IMG/VR virus record: IMGVR_UViG_3300025869_000014
Coordinates: 1-57,287 of that record
DNA from: a virus
Lineage: Duplodnaviria > Caudoviricetes
Strand: one strand, 5' to 3'
Length of the DNA stretch: 57,287 nt
Shown: piece after piece, positions 27,907 to 39,300 of the stretch
How positions within the stretch are numbered: the first letter of the stretch is position 1
How the letters are laid out: the number at the start of each line of letters is the position of its first letter
Notes under the pieces: model-generated
What the model was told of the DNA's origin: nothing
Database searches by the model: none
What the model saw: only the letters and a program-made list of their open reading frames with translations
Made by a program: the position numbers and the translations under genes

Positions 27907-28208
27907 TCAATCACCTTCCTCTTAACTTGCCTGTCGTTCTTGTAAATTTTATCCTGCATGCAGTCGAGTATCACGCTCTCGTCTAGGTCAGGTCTACGAG
28001 TCGCGTAATAAATTTTTATCTCAGCTTGCAGGTCACCTTCGAGCATTGAGTCACCCATCTGTGGGCACTGCTCATCAAATAGTTTCACATAAGCCAACGC
28101 CTTCTTGCTTTTGATAAACGCTGGCCTTCCCTTGATCGTCACTAACCTGCGGCTGTTTGCTTTGCTGGCAGGTTCTCCATTTATTATAAAAAAAATACTT
28201 GATATCAT
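27831..28208 (-). CDS. rusA: RusA-like Holliday junction resolvase
   Basis: GEPASKAN...RPDLD...LDCMQ...NDRQV...PRAEV. Confidence 0.82.
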   Translation of the reverse strand: MISSIFFIINGEPASKANSRRLVTIKGRPAFIKSKKALAYVKLFDEQCPQMGDSMLEGDLQAEIKIYYATRRPDLDESVILDCMQDKIYKNDRQVKRKVIEWGLDRENPRAEVLMTTIESLVNES

Positions 28209-28319
28209 GTGCTATTTGCCTTAATGTTGATCGTCCGTTGTGACTGAATACAGGACAATAGCAAATGGGAAAGATAAGTCAATGGTTGATTGACAAAGAA
28301 GAACGAGGAGAAGTAATTT

Positions 28320-28613
28320 ATGACGAACAAAGAAAAAGATATCAAGATAGAGCGGGTGCCGTTGCCCGAAGTGCGAGTGAAGGAGATGCTGAATCCGAAT
28401 GTGTTAGAGGCCATCATGAGTCTGGCACCGGAGGAATCCTTTTTCATTGCGACTGATGATGAAGATCATACCCAACGTAAGGTCAGTGCGCTACGACAAA
28501 GAGTGCATCGGATACAAATAGCTGCGCCAGATAAACAGTTTACGGTGCGTAAGCGGCACGAGAATAATCAAATGGGCGTGAGAGTCTTTAGGTTACCGAA
28601 TGAAAATAACTAA
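28320..28613 (+). CDS. Small putative DNA-binding protein
   Basis: 97 aa, GAGGAG SD; ESFFI...KQFTVR...GVRVFR. Confidence 0.65.
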   Translation: MTNKEKDIKIERVPLPEVRVKEMLNPNVLEAIMSLAPEESFFIATDDEDHTQRKVSALRQRVHRIQIAAPDKQFTVRKRHENNQMGVRVFRLPNENN

Positions 28614-29475
28614 TAAGCACAAGCTGCCAGAGGTTGTCTTCAACGCTCTGACTTTTAGTGACTACACCAGAGGCGACAGTCTATTGTCTGCGACTCAGTT
28701 GATAGACTCACCGCGTGTCTCTCAGTTACAGCGTCAGCATGATGACGAGATCGAGCAGGATGCGGTTGACTTTTTGTGGTCACGGTTCGGCACCAGCGTT
28801 CATCAAATGTTTGAGGCTGCTGTTCAGGGCGATGACTGCATCAGCGAAGAGAGATTGTTTGCTGAGGTTAACGGCTGGAAGATCAGTGGCGCAATTGACC
28901 TGCAACACACGACCCCTGAGGGCATCATTGTCAGTGACTATAAAGTAACCAGTGTCTGGTCAGTGATGAATGACAAGCAGGAATGGCACAAGCAGTTAAA
29001 CCTGTACGCTTGGTTGGTTAGACAGGCTAAGCAATTGCCCGTCAAGCAGCTAAGAATCATTGCGATTCTGCGCGACTGGGTCAGACGCAAGGCTGAACAG
29101 GGCGGTAACTATCCCGACTCTCCCATTCAAATGATCACCATTCCGCTTTGGTCGGAGTCTGATCAGGATGCCTACGTTGAAGAGCGTGTTGAGCTGCATC
29201 AGTCCGCTGACTTTGAATACACCACAGGTGGGGAGCTTCCTTTGTGCGATGCACATGAGCGATGGGAGAAGCCAACCGTCTACGCTGTGCATAAGAAAGG
29301 CAGAGTAAGAGCAATCAAGATTCATCAGCAAGAAGATGAAGCATCTGATCATGCCAAGTCCCTAGGCACCGGACATTACGTTGACACAAGGCTAGGCGAA
29401 AGCACTCGCTGCGCTCAGAACTGGTGCCGCGTGAGTCAGTGGTGTTCACAATTCAAAGAGAGCATAGAAGAATGA
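28600..29475 (+). CDS. PD-(D/E)XK (Cas4-like) exonuclease
   Basis: SATQL, GTSVH, SGAID, DYK, QLNLY, C-terminal Cys cluster. Confidence 0.85.
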   Translation: MKITNKHKLPEVVFNALTFSDYTRGDSLLSATQLIDSPRVSQLQRQHDDEIEQDAVDFLWSRFGTSVHQMFEAAVQGDDCISEERLFAEVNGWKISGAIDLQHTTPEGIIVSDYKVTSVWSVMNDKQEWHKQLNLYAWLVRQAKQLPVKQLRIIAILRDWVRRKAEQGGNYPDSPIQMITIPLWSESDQDAYVEERVELHQSADFEYTTGGELPLCDAHERWEKPTVYAVHKKGRVRAIKIHQQEDEASDHAKSLGTGHYVDTRLGESTRCAQNWCRVSQWCSQFKESIEE

Positions 29476-29834
29476 TAAATAAGAATCAGCAAGAAGATTT
29501 AGAGGCAGAATTAGAACTGGCTCGAGAAGAAATGGACAAACAGCTTTATCAACCCGCCAAATCGATTGAGCATTTGAACGTTGAAGAACTTCTGAACGAT
29601 ACGACACAATTATTCAGGGCTTTAGATTCGATGAAGGTTAATGAGGTAATGCTTATTAAAAAAGATGATCAAGTAAATTTTTATCACTGGAAGAGGAAGC
29701 ACCCGCGCAAAAAAATGATCAGTAAATCTGTTGGGACACCATCCGTGGTCGATCAAATATTCTTCCTCGATGATGTTGAACTCCCTCTCCCCAGTAAGAG
29801 CAGCGGTTATCTGATTATCAAACGAACATCCTAA
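29472..29834 (+). CDS. Hypothetical protein (paralog of next gene)
   Basis: ATGA overlap with the nuclease; LYQP...MKVNEVMLI. Confidence 0.65.
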   Translation: MINKNQQEDLEAELELAREEMDKQLYQPAKSIEHLNVEELLNDTTQLFRALDSMKVNEVMLIKKDDQVNFYHWKRKHPRKKMISKSVGTPSVVDQIFFLDDVELPLPSKSSGYLIIKRTS

Positions 29835-29850
29835 TTTGCGAGGAAGACAA

Positions 29851-30153
29851 ATGAGCAAGGAAGAGGAATATGAAAGAATGCTTTACCAACCTCAGACACA
29901 TATCGAGGGCGTAGAGTTCGCTTCAAAGCTTTCTGTAGGAATTAACGCGCTGAAGGTTGACGAGATGATGCTGATTAGAGGGTCGGATCGGCCACGATTT
30001 TTCACGATAGCGGGCAAGTTAAAGGATAAAAAGTTTATCAGTCGATGGGCAAAGATTCCTGTCGTTATTAATGGCGTAACTGACCCAGCGAAACTCAAGG
30101 CTGAGGGCCCACAACACAGGGACTCATTTGTCGCGGTGAAAAGAATCAAATGA
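29851..30153 (+). CDS. Hypothetical protein (paralog of previous gene)
   Basis: ATG 29851 after GAGGA; LYQP...LKVDEMMLI. Confidence 0.65.
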   Translation: MSKEEEYERMLYQPQTHIEGVEFASKLSVGINALKVDEMMLIRGSDRPRFFTIAGKLKDKKFISRWAKIPVVINGVTDPAKLKAEGPQHRDSFVAVKRIK

Positions 30154-30419
30154 TAGAAGACGCAGATTTTTACAGGAAGATGATTGGACTTTGGCAGATC
30201 ACAAAGATACCCATGCTGAAGGCATCAGTTATTGGAGATCAAATAGATTTCACATGGGCTCAGGGCGCTGGTTTATCGTTGCCTGTCAGCATGTTTCTCA
30301 GGCTAGAGCCTGTTGAGATACTTGAGATTCTAGAAAAAACTATCGAAGAGCGATACAAAATTAATGCCAAGCAATGGCGCAGTGACTTACGCGGCTTCAC
30401 CAAAAAACCGCTAACCTAG
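30150..30419 (+). CDS. Hypothetical protein
   Basis: 89 aa, ATGA coupling. Confidence 0.65.
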   Translation: MIEDADFYRKMIGLWQITKIPMLKASVIGDQIDFTWAQGAGLSLPVSMFLRLEPVEILEILEKTIEERYKINAKQWRSDLRGFTKKPLT

Positions 30420-30429
30420 GAGATACAAA

Positions 30430-31107
30430 ATGGCAAGCTACAAACAAGTTTGGGAAACCCTGAGTGCTATCGACTGCTCAGCATACACCAAGAAAAAAAA
30501 TGATCTGTCCTATTTAAGCTGGACATGGGCATGGGCACAACTCATGGAGCAGTACCCTGATGCGACCTACGAGTTTCAAGATAACGAAGTTCACGGGGAT
30601 GGTACTGTTTCTGTCCATTGCACAATCAATATTGGTGAGCTGCAGCGTAGTATGTGGCTTCCCGTCATGACCGGATTTAAGAACGCGGCGTTAGCAAACC
30701 CTAGCGCAAGAGATGTAGGCGATGCCAAGATGCGATGCCTAGTAAAGTGCATGGCGTTTTTCGGACTGGGTCATTATATCTATGCGGGCGAAGACCTGCC
30801 GCGTGAAACCAAATCTAAACCAAAGAAGAAGGAGGATGTTTTCGACAGCGCGGATCAAGTTGTCGAGTCAAGTACGTTAGAAGAAGCGGTAGAAAAAACG
30901 ATGACAGGCGCAATGACTGACGAAGATGCAAGGAAAACTACTGAAGTGGTTCTTGTATTTGCCAGACAAACCGACACAATTGAAGGACTTAAGTCTTTGC
31001 ACACGGCAAACAAGAAGGCGCTCGATGAAATTAAACTGTCGCATCCTGACGTTTACGAAGCGTATGTCAACGAGTTCAAATCAATCAGATCAAAAGTAGA
31101 ATCTTAG
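30430..31107 (+). CDS. Sak/DUF1071 single-strand annealing protein
   Basis: LSYLSWTWAW...MWLPVM...MRCLVKCMAFFGLGHYIYAGEDLP. Confidence 0.85.
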   Translation: MASYKQVWETLSAIDCSAYTKKKNDLSYLSWTWAWAQLMEQYPDATYEFQDNEVHGDGTVSVHCTINIGELQRSMWLPVMTGFKNAALANPSARDVGDAKMRCLVKCMAFFGLGHYIYAGEDLPRETKSKPKKKEDVFDSADQVVESSTLEEAVEKTMTGAMTDEDARKTTEVVLVFARQTDTIEGLKSLHTANKKALDEIKLSHPDVYEAYVNEFKSIRSKVES

Positions 31108-31117
31108 GAGAAATACA

Positions 31118-31441
31118 ATGGACAAAGAAAACGTGGCAAAAGGCGACGAGTTCTACATGAACAGCAACAACAGGAAGAACGCGGAAAATCACCCAGATTT
31201 TGTTGGCAAGCTCATGATCAACCAAGAACAGTTGCGGGCGTTGATCGAGATACATGAGCGAGCAAGAGAGCAAGGCAAGCAGCCAGTACTTCAGGTAGAT
31301 GTTTCTGGTTGGAAAGGCAAGAGCAAGAATGATGGCAAGCCTTATCTCTATTGTAGGCACGAGGTTTACTCTGGCCCTCGCAAAGACCCAAGCGAGAAGT
31401 CTTTTGCAAAGACAGTTAGCACGGACGAAGACTGGCTATGA
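31118..31441 (+). CDS. Putative ssDNA-binding protein
   Basis: HPDFVG...VSGW...GKPYL, acidic-aromatic tail DEDWL; follows the annealase. Confidence 0.6.
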   Translation: MDKENVAKGDEFYMNSNNRKNAENHPDFVGKLMINQEQLRALIEIHERAREQGKQPVLQVDVSGWKGKSKNDGKPYLYCRHEVYSGPRKDPSEKSFAKTVSTDEDWL

Positions 31442-31875
31442 TTCATTACCACATTCATCCATTGAGTCATGATAACGTCATGGAGCTGATGCGGTTGCTG
31501 TCGAAGATCGATGGCTCAAAGATGGATGAGGTTACTCATTTAGTAAAGAATGCTGATCTGGGCGTTAAGCTGACGGTTGATAAGATTAAAAGGCAGCGCA
31601 CCAGACAGCAGGAAAACTACTATCACAAGTGGGTCAATGAGTTTGGAAAGTTTTGCGGCATGACGCACGATGAAATGCACGAGGAATTGTTGTGTCGAGC
31701 TTACGGTTCAGAAGATGTGAACACCAAGTTCGGATTCAAGCGCAGACCATTGAAGCGTTCAAGCCAAGCAAGCAAAGCAAAGTACTCTGAACTTATCGAC
31801 ACGCTCATTATTACCGCTGCCGAATTAGGATTTGCGGTGCCAGAACCTAAAGGAGAAGAAGATGGAAGAACCTAA
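31438..31875 (+). CDS. ninB: NinB/Orf-like recombination protein
   Basis: RTRQQENYYH...EMHEEL...SS...YSELID...AAELG. Confidence 0.65.
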   Translation: MIHYHIHPLSHDNVMELMRLLSKIDGSKMDEVTHLVKNADLGVKLTVDKIKRQRTRQQENYYHKWVNEFGKFCGMTHDEMHEELLCRAYGSEDVNTKFGFKRRPLKRSSQASKAKYSELIDTLIITAAELGFAVPEPKGEEDGRT

Positions 31876-31938
31876 ATGGACAGGATGGGCAATGCTGTTG
31901 GCCTTGTTTGTTGGAATGGTTATCGGAGCGGCATTCGG

Positions 31939-32289
31939 ATGACAGAGACAAGACAAGAAGAGATGCGCGGACAAGTGATTGCTTTTCACGAGGATCACCC
32001 CGAAGTCTGGAACTTGTTTTGCGGATTTACTTTCGAGATGATATCTAGAGGGTATACTCATTACTCAGTCAATGCTGTATTTGAAAGAATACGATGGGAG
32101 ATTGATGCTGGCGGCGATGGAACCGACAGCTTCAAACTAAACAACAACTACAGGGCGTTCTACTCTAGAAGATTTATGAACACATACCCTGAGTACGCAG
32201 GTTTTTTTAGAACGCGAGAGCAAACTAGTAAGGATAAGTCTGCTACTAAATTACCAGAGTTAACACCGGAGTACTATGAGCAAAGATAA
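31939..32289 (+). CDS. Conserved hypothetical phage protein
   Basis: FH...PEVW...ERIRWE...FKLNNNYRAFYSR...FFRTR; start probably MTETRQ. Confidence 0.65.
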   Translation: MTETRQEEMRGQVIAFHEDHPEVWNLFCGFTFEMISRGYTHYSVNAVFERIRWEIDAGGDGTDSFKLNNNYRAFYSRRFMNTYPEYAGFFRTREQTSKDKSATKLPELTPEYYEQR

Positions 32290-32440
32290 TTCTGTCAGTG
32301 ATGACGTAGTCATGAATGTAAGTTCAGAAGAGCAATTAATAAATCTTCTTGACTTGATCTATACAGAACTAAGCGGTATCAACGATGGGTTTAATCGCAT
32401 CATTGACCTGATAGAAAAGGAAAGAAGTGAAGACATCTAA
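32276..32440 (+). CDS. Small hypothetical protein (54 aa)
   Basis: Open frame filling the gap, GGAG upstream; below the track cutoff. Confidence 0.5.
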   Translation: MSKDNSVSDDVVMNVSSEEQLINLLDLIYTELSGINDGFNRIIDLIEKERSEDI

Positions 32441-32729
32441 GATTCGGAAGTCTGCACGAGGAAAGATGTGCGCCTTACAGATTCACCCGTACTGTAACAA
32501 CAACACAGAGACCACAGTGCTGGCGCACTTACCAAGCATGGCGAAAGGCATGAGCATTAAGTCACCAGATCACATAGCCGTTTACTCCTGCTCAACTTGC
32601 CATGACGTAATAGACGGCAGAATGAAAACAAACCTGAGCAAAGAAGAGTTGCTGCGCTGTCAGCTAAGAGGACTTGAAAGAACTTGGGGTGAGTTAATTA
32701 TTGAGGGTTTAATAACTATAAACGCATGA
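32427..32729 (+). CDS. DUF1364/YbcO-like nuclease
   Basis: IRKSARGKMC...C...ETTVLAH...K.PD...CSTCHDVIDGR. Confidence 0.8.
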   Translation: MKTSKIRKSARGKMCALQIHPYCNNNTETTVLAHLPSMAKGMSIKSPDHIAVYSCSTCHDVIDGRMKTNLSKEELLRCQLRGLERTWGELIIEGLITINA

Positions 32730-32965
32730 CAAAGCTAACACGGAAGCAAGAAAAAACTATACAGCCTAAGCTTAAAACTTACGCTGAGAAAGAAGAGGCA
32801 AGGCAAGAGATGCTGGATCAGGTTGATCAGTTCATAAAGAACGGAGGCGAGATTCAGGCAGTAGAACAAGGTGCCACTGCTTTGCGCTACGGAAAGACAA
32901 CTAAGTGGAGGCAGGAGCTAGCCGACAAAGGTAAGTCCGGCGCAGCCTCTACTCACAAAAAGTAA
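32726..32965 (+). CDS. SutA RNAP-binding-domain-like protein
   Basis: RQEMLDQVDQFIKNGGEIQAVEQG. Confidence 0.55.
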   Translation: MTKLTRKQEKTIQPKLKTYAEKEEARQEMLDQVDQFIKNGGEIQAVEQGATALRYGKTTKWRQELADKGKSGAASTHKK

Positions 32966-32977
32966 TCAGGAAAAATT

Positions 32978-33356
32978 ATGCTGAATAAGATACTAGAGTT
33001 CATAGAGTTGATGACTAGTCGTTCGTTCTGGCCCATGTTTGCAATGTTCTTTTTGTTGTTAGCAATGGCAGCTTACACATTACTGGAGTCAATCTAATGG
33101 TAGTTAAGAGAAATAAAAACGGGTTGTTCGTTGCGACAGTGAACGACAGAGATGGTAATTTGTGCGCGGGATTTTCCAAAGATAGAATTCAAGCAATGAT
33201 CTTTTGCTTTGAGTTGCTTATTGAATGAGCTACCCCAAAGACGAGGGCTGGAAGAACCTAAGCTACCCGAAAGAAGAACTTACTCTGGAAGAAATAAAGA
33301 AGATGATGCAGAAAAAAGAAGACAGAGAGAATGCAAAGAAGAGGCCGCTTAATTAG
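32978..33356 (+). other. Three coupled micro-ORFs (32978-33097 hydrophobic, 33097-33228, 33225-33356)
   Basis: TAATG and ATGA overlaps fill the gap up to the convergent gene. Confidence 0.45.
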
Positions 33357-36300
33357 TGCGCCCAACTTTCTTGTCATAGGATTTGTTAAACCTATTATAG
33401 ACAGAGTTCATTCTATCGTAGACTTCTTCTTCCGCTTTACCCATCTTCAAAGCATCCTGTGGCGACCTTGAAGCAATAGCTTTAATTCTTTTGCGTTGCT
33501 CTCTTAATTTTCTTAGCTGATCTTCTGCTCTTTCTAAATCCCTAAGCGTTCTTAATTTTTGCGCGTTATTCTTTCTAAAGTTAATACGGTCAGCGCCTCG
33601 CAACACATCCAGCCTAGCTTCTAACTGCTCAAGCTTAATCTTTCTTTCGTAGAAATCTCCCATGCTAACTCTTTCGTCGGGCTCGCCTTTGATTCTACGA
33701 AGGAACGGTATCTCTCTTGCCTTAAGGTCTTCTCCCTTCTGCCATTTTTCAAACGCATCAAGATTACGCATGCCAAATGTTCCGGCACCGCCCAATGCAA
33801 ACTCAGCTAGATGCTCTAGTACATCTGGCGAAACATCCAGTGCCCCAGACTGTTGCTCATTACCACCTATCAAAGAGTTGGAGAGCTTAGCCATCCACTT
33901 GAACGGTGTTCGCGTTGTAGACATTGACATAGAAGACTCTGGTAACTGAGTTCCTGTCGGGAAGTTCTCCCTATATATAGGAGAGCCGAAGAAGTTTTCG
34001 TTCTTTGCTATCTCTATAAAAGGCTGAGCTATTGTCGGCGCAGGAGAAGAGAATCCTATCGGGGAGAACGATCCTAGGAATGCACTGGTCACATTAGACG
34101 TTGCCTTAAGTGGAGATATGTGGCCGTTGCTCATCTCAAAAACATTCTGCCCAAGAGAATGAAACACGTTGTATCCGTATGGCAGCGGGATGGTGTAATG
34201 ATTCTTCCCGTCATCGGCCATGATCACTATGTTTCTTTCTTTAACGTAGTCTGGTATCTCGGAGTAGTAAGACCTTCCCGTCTCTGGGTTCTCTTCGCTC
34301 TCTTCTTCTGCTCTTAAGGCAGACAAAGCGCCGAACATGATCAAAGATGTAACTGCCCCCTGCTTAACGCGACTAGCTTCAGAGCTAAGCGGATTCATAT
34401 TAGGCCCGAACAATCCTCTTGCGAAGTTAGCTGTGCCCTGAACACTAGCATTGAAGAACAAATAGAGAGAGTTAACCAAGTCTCCGGCGTTGCCCTTTCG
34501 ATTAAAGTTGATTGTCAAATTCTTAGCGAGTGACGCAGCTTGAGCCAAAGCTTCGGGCCTTGGCACCCCAGCATTAAGCAGCTCATCACGCGATGCTTTG
34601 AACGTGGCTAGTCGCACAGCGTTTTCAACAGAGGCATTGCTGTCTTCAACAAACTTCATGACAGACTGATATCTTCGCTGGAAGTTTCCTTTGAAGGTTC
34701 CGTTTGCCATATCAATCATAGATTGAATAGTCTTGGTTTGATCTTCGGGGGGTCTTGAGTGGAACCAGTCAGCTTTTGCCCCAGACTCCATGTACTCTCT
34801 GACATCTGCCTGATCCACAGGATCTATGCCGGATAAGTTTCCTACAAATGTTCCGTCTTTAACTGAGAAGTTTCTTGCTGCTTTATAAAAAACGCCCATC
34901 GAAGGAATGACATCTTTTATAACCTTAGCTACAAGCTTCTGATCTTTCGCTTTACCTTGAGACATATCCTGTTCGCCAAGGATATTAAAGATAGCTGTCT
35001 GCACATCACGAGAGAAGTTGCCAATAACAAACTCGGGGTTAAGCGATGTGTTCATCATGGATAGGAATCTATTAACAACACCAAACTTCTGAATAAGATT
35101 GTCTGCTGTGCCGCTGTCCATGCCAAGAATGGCATCCCTTAATCTTTTATCTGCAAGCTCAACGTAAACTTGCTGACCATCTAGCTTCACGCCAATTAAA
35201 TCTTTATCAAAACCGGGGCTAAGGTTGTCTCTCTTTAGCACTATCTTCTGTATGTAATCCTTTCTGTTAGCGTCCGGCGGTATCTCTGAGAACGTCTGGC
35301 CCTGCAAGTCTTTGTCGTTTCCAACGTAGGTAAACTTCTTCTCAAAAGCTCGCATGTACCTAGGGTCTTCAGGAGATATGACCCTCCAAAACTCCGCATC
35401 CGGACTGCTCTTTACCAAGTTAACTAGGCGCTCACCGAACTGTTTATTCTTTGTGCCCCTAGCCATTGACCGCTCAGCATTTAACAGAACATGTCCTAGT
35501 GGTGACTGAGCAGCAGACTCCCTGCCCATAGCTCGCAGAAATTCTTTGCCTTTTGTACTGATGCTACTGCCTATAATCAGGTTCTCAGCGTAGTCATCTT
35601 CTATGTCTTTGCCTCTCAATGGCGCGTAGTATTTGTAGGCACTCCTGATTCCTTCAGCGGAGTCTTTGTCTATCAGTCCACCTTCAATCGTTCCGTCTAT
35701 GGTTTCATTGACTATCTTATCAACGTCCGCAGCAACGCTTTGAAGTTTCTTTCCTCTCCCGTTACCACCTGACCATGTGCCCGTGGAACTATTCCAGTCC
35801 ATGTCGTAACGCTCTTTCATCTTGCGCTTGACAAAACTATTGGTGAGAGCTTGTCCGGTCTTAAGCTTTCCTGATCCGGGATTTAGTTCTACGTCTCTTT
35901 GTGAATCCCGAATGGCAACCTTTTCATTCCGCTCAATAGCGTGTCTAAGAATAAGAAACTCATCGACTTCATCTAGACTGTAACCAGAGTCAGCAATCTT
36001 CTTTGCCAAGGGTTTCTTTCTTTCATCTTCAAACCGCCGCATCTTGTTGCCAAGAATGCCTGAAATACTTTCCTCTCCAATGTAAGCAGACTCTGTTGCC
36101 TTGAGAGGGCTGAGGCCAAGACTGGCCCTGTATTTATTTATCTCTCGCTCTGCATCCTTGAGTCCGGTGAACTTATCAGCAGCCCAGAAGACAAACTTAT
36201 CCTTAAAAGAATAACCTTTTGTTTGAAAACTGAATGGCTCGCCAAGTATTTCTTGGTCAATAATTGATTGCTGAACTTCTGGGGAGTTGTCCAGTGAGTT

Positions 36301-39300
36301 CATTATGGTGCTGGGAGGATTCCTTTCTGAAAACTCTGCTGCTTTTTGTTCTGCTGCTTTTAATTCGTCTTTAGATTCTACTCTGGCCCTAGATTCTGTG
36401 ACAGGATCTTCATACTCTAGACCTTCTGTCCATGTCCAGTCCGGCATAAGACCTATTTTTTGCTCGGCAAATACGGTGTCTTCTATCTTTGCCGTTCTGT
36501 TGTTCTCAGCATAAGGCCCATAATTTAACCAACTATTTTGACCCCTTGTTTCAGAAGTAAGAGCATGCAAGGCTGGGCCAGTAAACAATTTAGCATGAGC
36601 CTGCCATGCGTTCTCTTCCCCTCTGGCTCGGAACCCACTTCCTTCTATGCCGTGCCCGAAAGCATCATGCACAGCGCGAAACAAATCGTTGGCAGTGACA
36701 AGTTTTCTATCTCCACTCTGATCCTTCCACCTCAGCCCCGTATCTTCTAGCATCGGATTGTTTTCTATTTCAGAATCAGTGATCCCTTCTGTGCCATAAC
36801 CATCATAAGTTCCATAAACTGCCATGCGTTTGGTAGCGCGAAGGTCTCGCATAGCGTTGAAAGGATTGCCGTCATAAGGGTCTGACTCAGAGTCATAGAA
36901 AGTAAACTCATAACCAGCATCTGTCAGAGCCTTATATTGGTTTTTAGTTTGCCTTATAAGATCTTTATATGCTTTCTTTACAGCAGGATTTTGCGGGTCG
37001 TTACGCATCTCATCATACGCTTTAGCCAGCCTCTCGCCACGATCCTTTGGGACTTTTACATAGGATCTTTGTTTTCTTTCAGGGAGTCCGTAGTCTTCTG
37101 CGTATTCTTCTGCGATAGCAACGATTTCTGGGATTGGCCCTGTCGCCCCTTGAATAGCTGGCGCACCTTCAAGCGGCGTAAAGCTTCTGCTCTGTAACCG
37201 TCTTCCTCTGTCTCTATTTCGTTGCCCCAATCTTCTTGCTTGCTCATCAGAAACTCCTCCTGTGGTATCTTCTTGTATTGTATCATCTGTTCCCTGTTTT
37301 GAGAACATAATATCATCCGCGTATTCGTACCCTTGCGGAACACCTGATGGATCGTACTGAGCATGTACACCTTTGATATCTGATGGCTTGAACATAGCGA
37401 TGCCAGTTGCCATGTCCTGTATGCTATTCTCATAGTCAACGTAAGAATCATACCCCGCGCTTCGGACAAAAGGAGACAAGGCTTCCAGCTCTGCGAAGCC
37501 AACATCTGAGGGTCTTTGTGTAATGCTACCTACAATTTGTTGAAGCTGCTTTCTTCTACCATTTATTATCGAATCTCTAGCTTCGGTGTCTGAAGCAGGG
37601 TAACCCATCTGCTCCATCATCTTATCTGCGTAGCTCTTGTAGACAGGACTAGATAAGTTATCCACTTCTCTAGACAAAGCTTGAAGCTCACCTCCGGAAT
37701 CTTTTTCTCTGGAAATTCTGCCCGGATCAAAAGAGTTTCCTTGTCTTAAATAGACGGGGTATACAGTGCCCGCGTCTGCCGCATTCTCTGGATCAGAGAA
37801 GTCAGATCGATCCGGCGCAAACATATTTGCAAACTCTGGATTGACAGTAAAATGACCAGCTATGATGTCATTAGTGGCTGAGTCAAAGCTACCTGCAAGA
37901 TTGCTCCTGAACTTCTTGATGTTGGTTTTACCAGTGCCATGATAATAGGTAGTGTTGGTATCGAATCCCTGCTCTGCTGCCCTATCTCTTTGCCTCGATG
38001 CAGATATCTCTTCCTCTTCTGTCTCCGGCGTAAGTACTTTGACATCTCTCGATAGACCTATGCCTCTGTCCGGCACTGCGCCTAATCTTTTCTCCGTAGC
38101 TTGAAGCGTTCTTATCCGATCTCTTTCTCTTGAACCTATCTCTCCTTTCTCAAGGCGATTTAATACATCATCAAAGCTCTGGAACCCTGTGCCACTTAAT
38201 GCATTACCTGTCTTCTCGAAAAAACTATACATCCTTTCAACAAGACTCTTGGGCTTGCCAGTAATAAGCTTCTTATCTTTTCTTCCGTACCTGATAATCT
38301 CAGCAACGGCTTCTTCCATCTGTCCGACAGCTGATAGGTCGGGGTATCTTTCCTGAGCGTCATTGAAAAAAGTAACGTTACCCCTGCCCGGAAATATTTT
38401 TTTCCTTGTCAAGTTTTCTAGCAGCCGCCATTCTTTTTCTTTCCACAGGTCAAGGTTTCTAACGCCGTGAACAATCTCGTGATCTAATATTTCAGTGAGA
38501 GCTTCTCTTCTTGCTTCCGGAGTTTGGTCTCTTGCCCCCTGCTTAATCCTATCAAGCGCAAGGAATACCGTATTCGATCTGGGCCTGTAATATCCTTCAG
38601 TCTCTTGACGGATATCCTCCCCTTCCTTTCCGGCAAGTATCAGCTCTCCCTTTCTAGTTACTGGCCCAATCTTTAACTCATCAAGAACCCTGACACGGAT
38701 GTCATCTAGACCCATACCCTTGAGGTCTTCATTAAGCAGCTTCTCAAGATTGGCCGCATCTTCTGAAACGGTCTCAGCGTATGGTTTTATTTCCGGCTCA
38801 AAGCGTTCTGGCGCGGGCAATGTTGTGCGCGTAACGACTTCATCTTTGTTGTTGATTAAGCCAGTCTTCTTGATCGCCTTCTGCAAATCAGAAGCAACCT
38901 TCCTTGTTCTTTTGGCTGATCCAATGTCTCCGATCTGGCTCTCGATGTTCTCTACAGTGCCGTCACCTGTCTCAGTAACGTACTGAACAGCGGCGTTGTA
39001 TTGTTTTCTTGTGTATGTCTTCGGCCTGAAGTCCGGCAAGGATGCTGGCTGAGCAACAACAGGAAGCTTTCTTAATTCCTGAACGAGATACATGCGCTGA
39101 GAAGGGCTCATGCTTTCTACGTTGGTTTCGTTAACAATCTTTTCTAATAGATAACCTACCTCAGGAGAATCAACACTTGATGCAATGTTCTTTTCTTGAA
39201 GAACAGAAGACACTTCTTCTAGGGTTCTTTTTTGATCTTGATACTCTTGCCTGCTAGCCGCTAGGCGAGCGCCAACAGAGCCAAAGTTCTCCGTTGTTTC

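Noticed and set aside
28600-29475. Cas4 as part of a CRISPR system
   Set aside because: Stand-alone phage exonuclease in a recombination operon; no other cas genes or array
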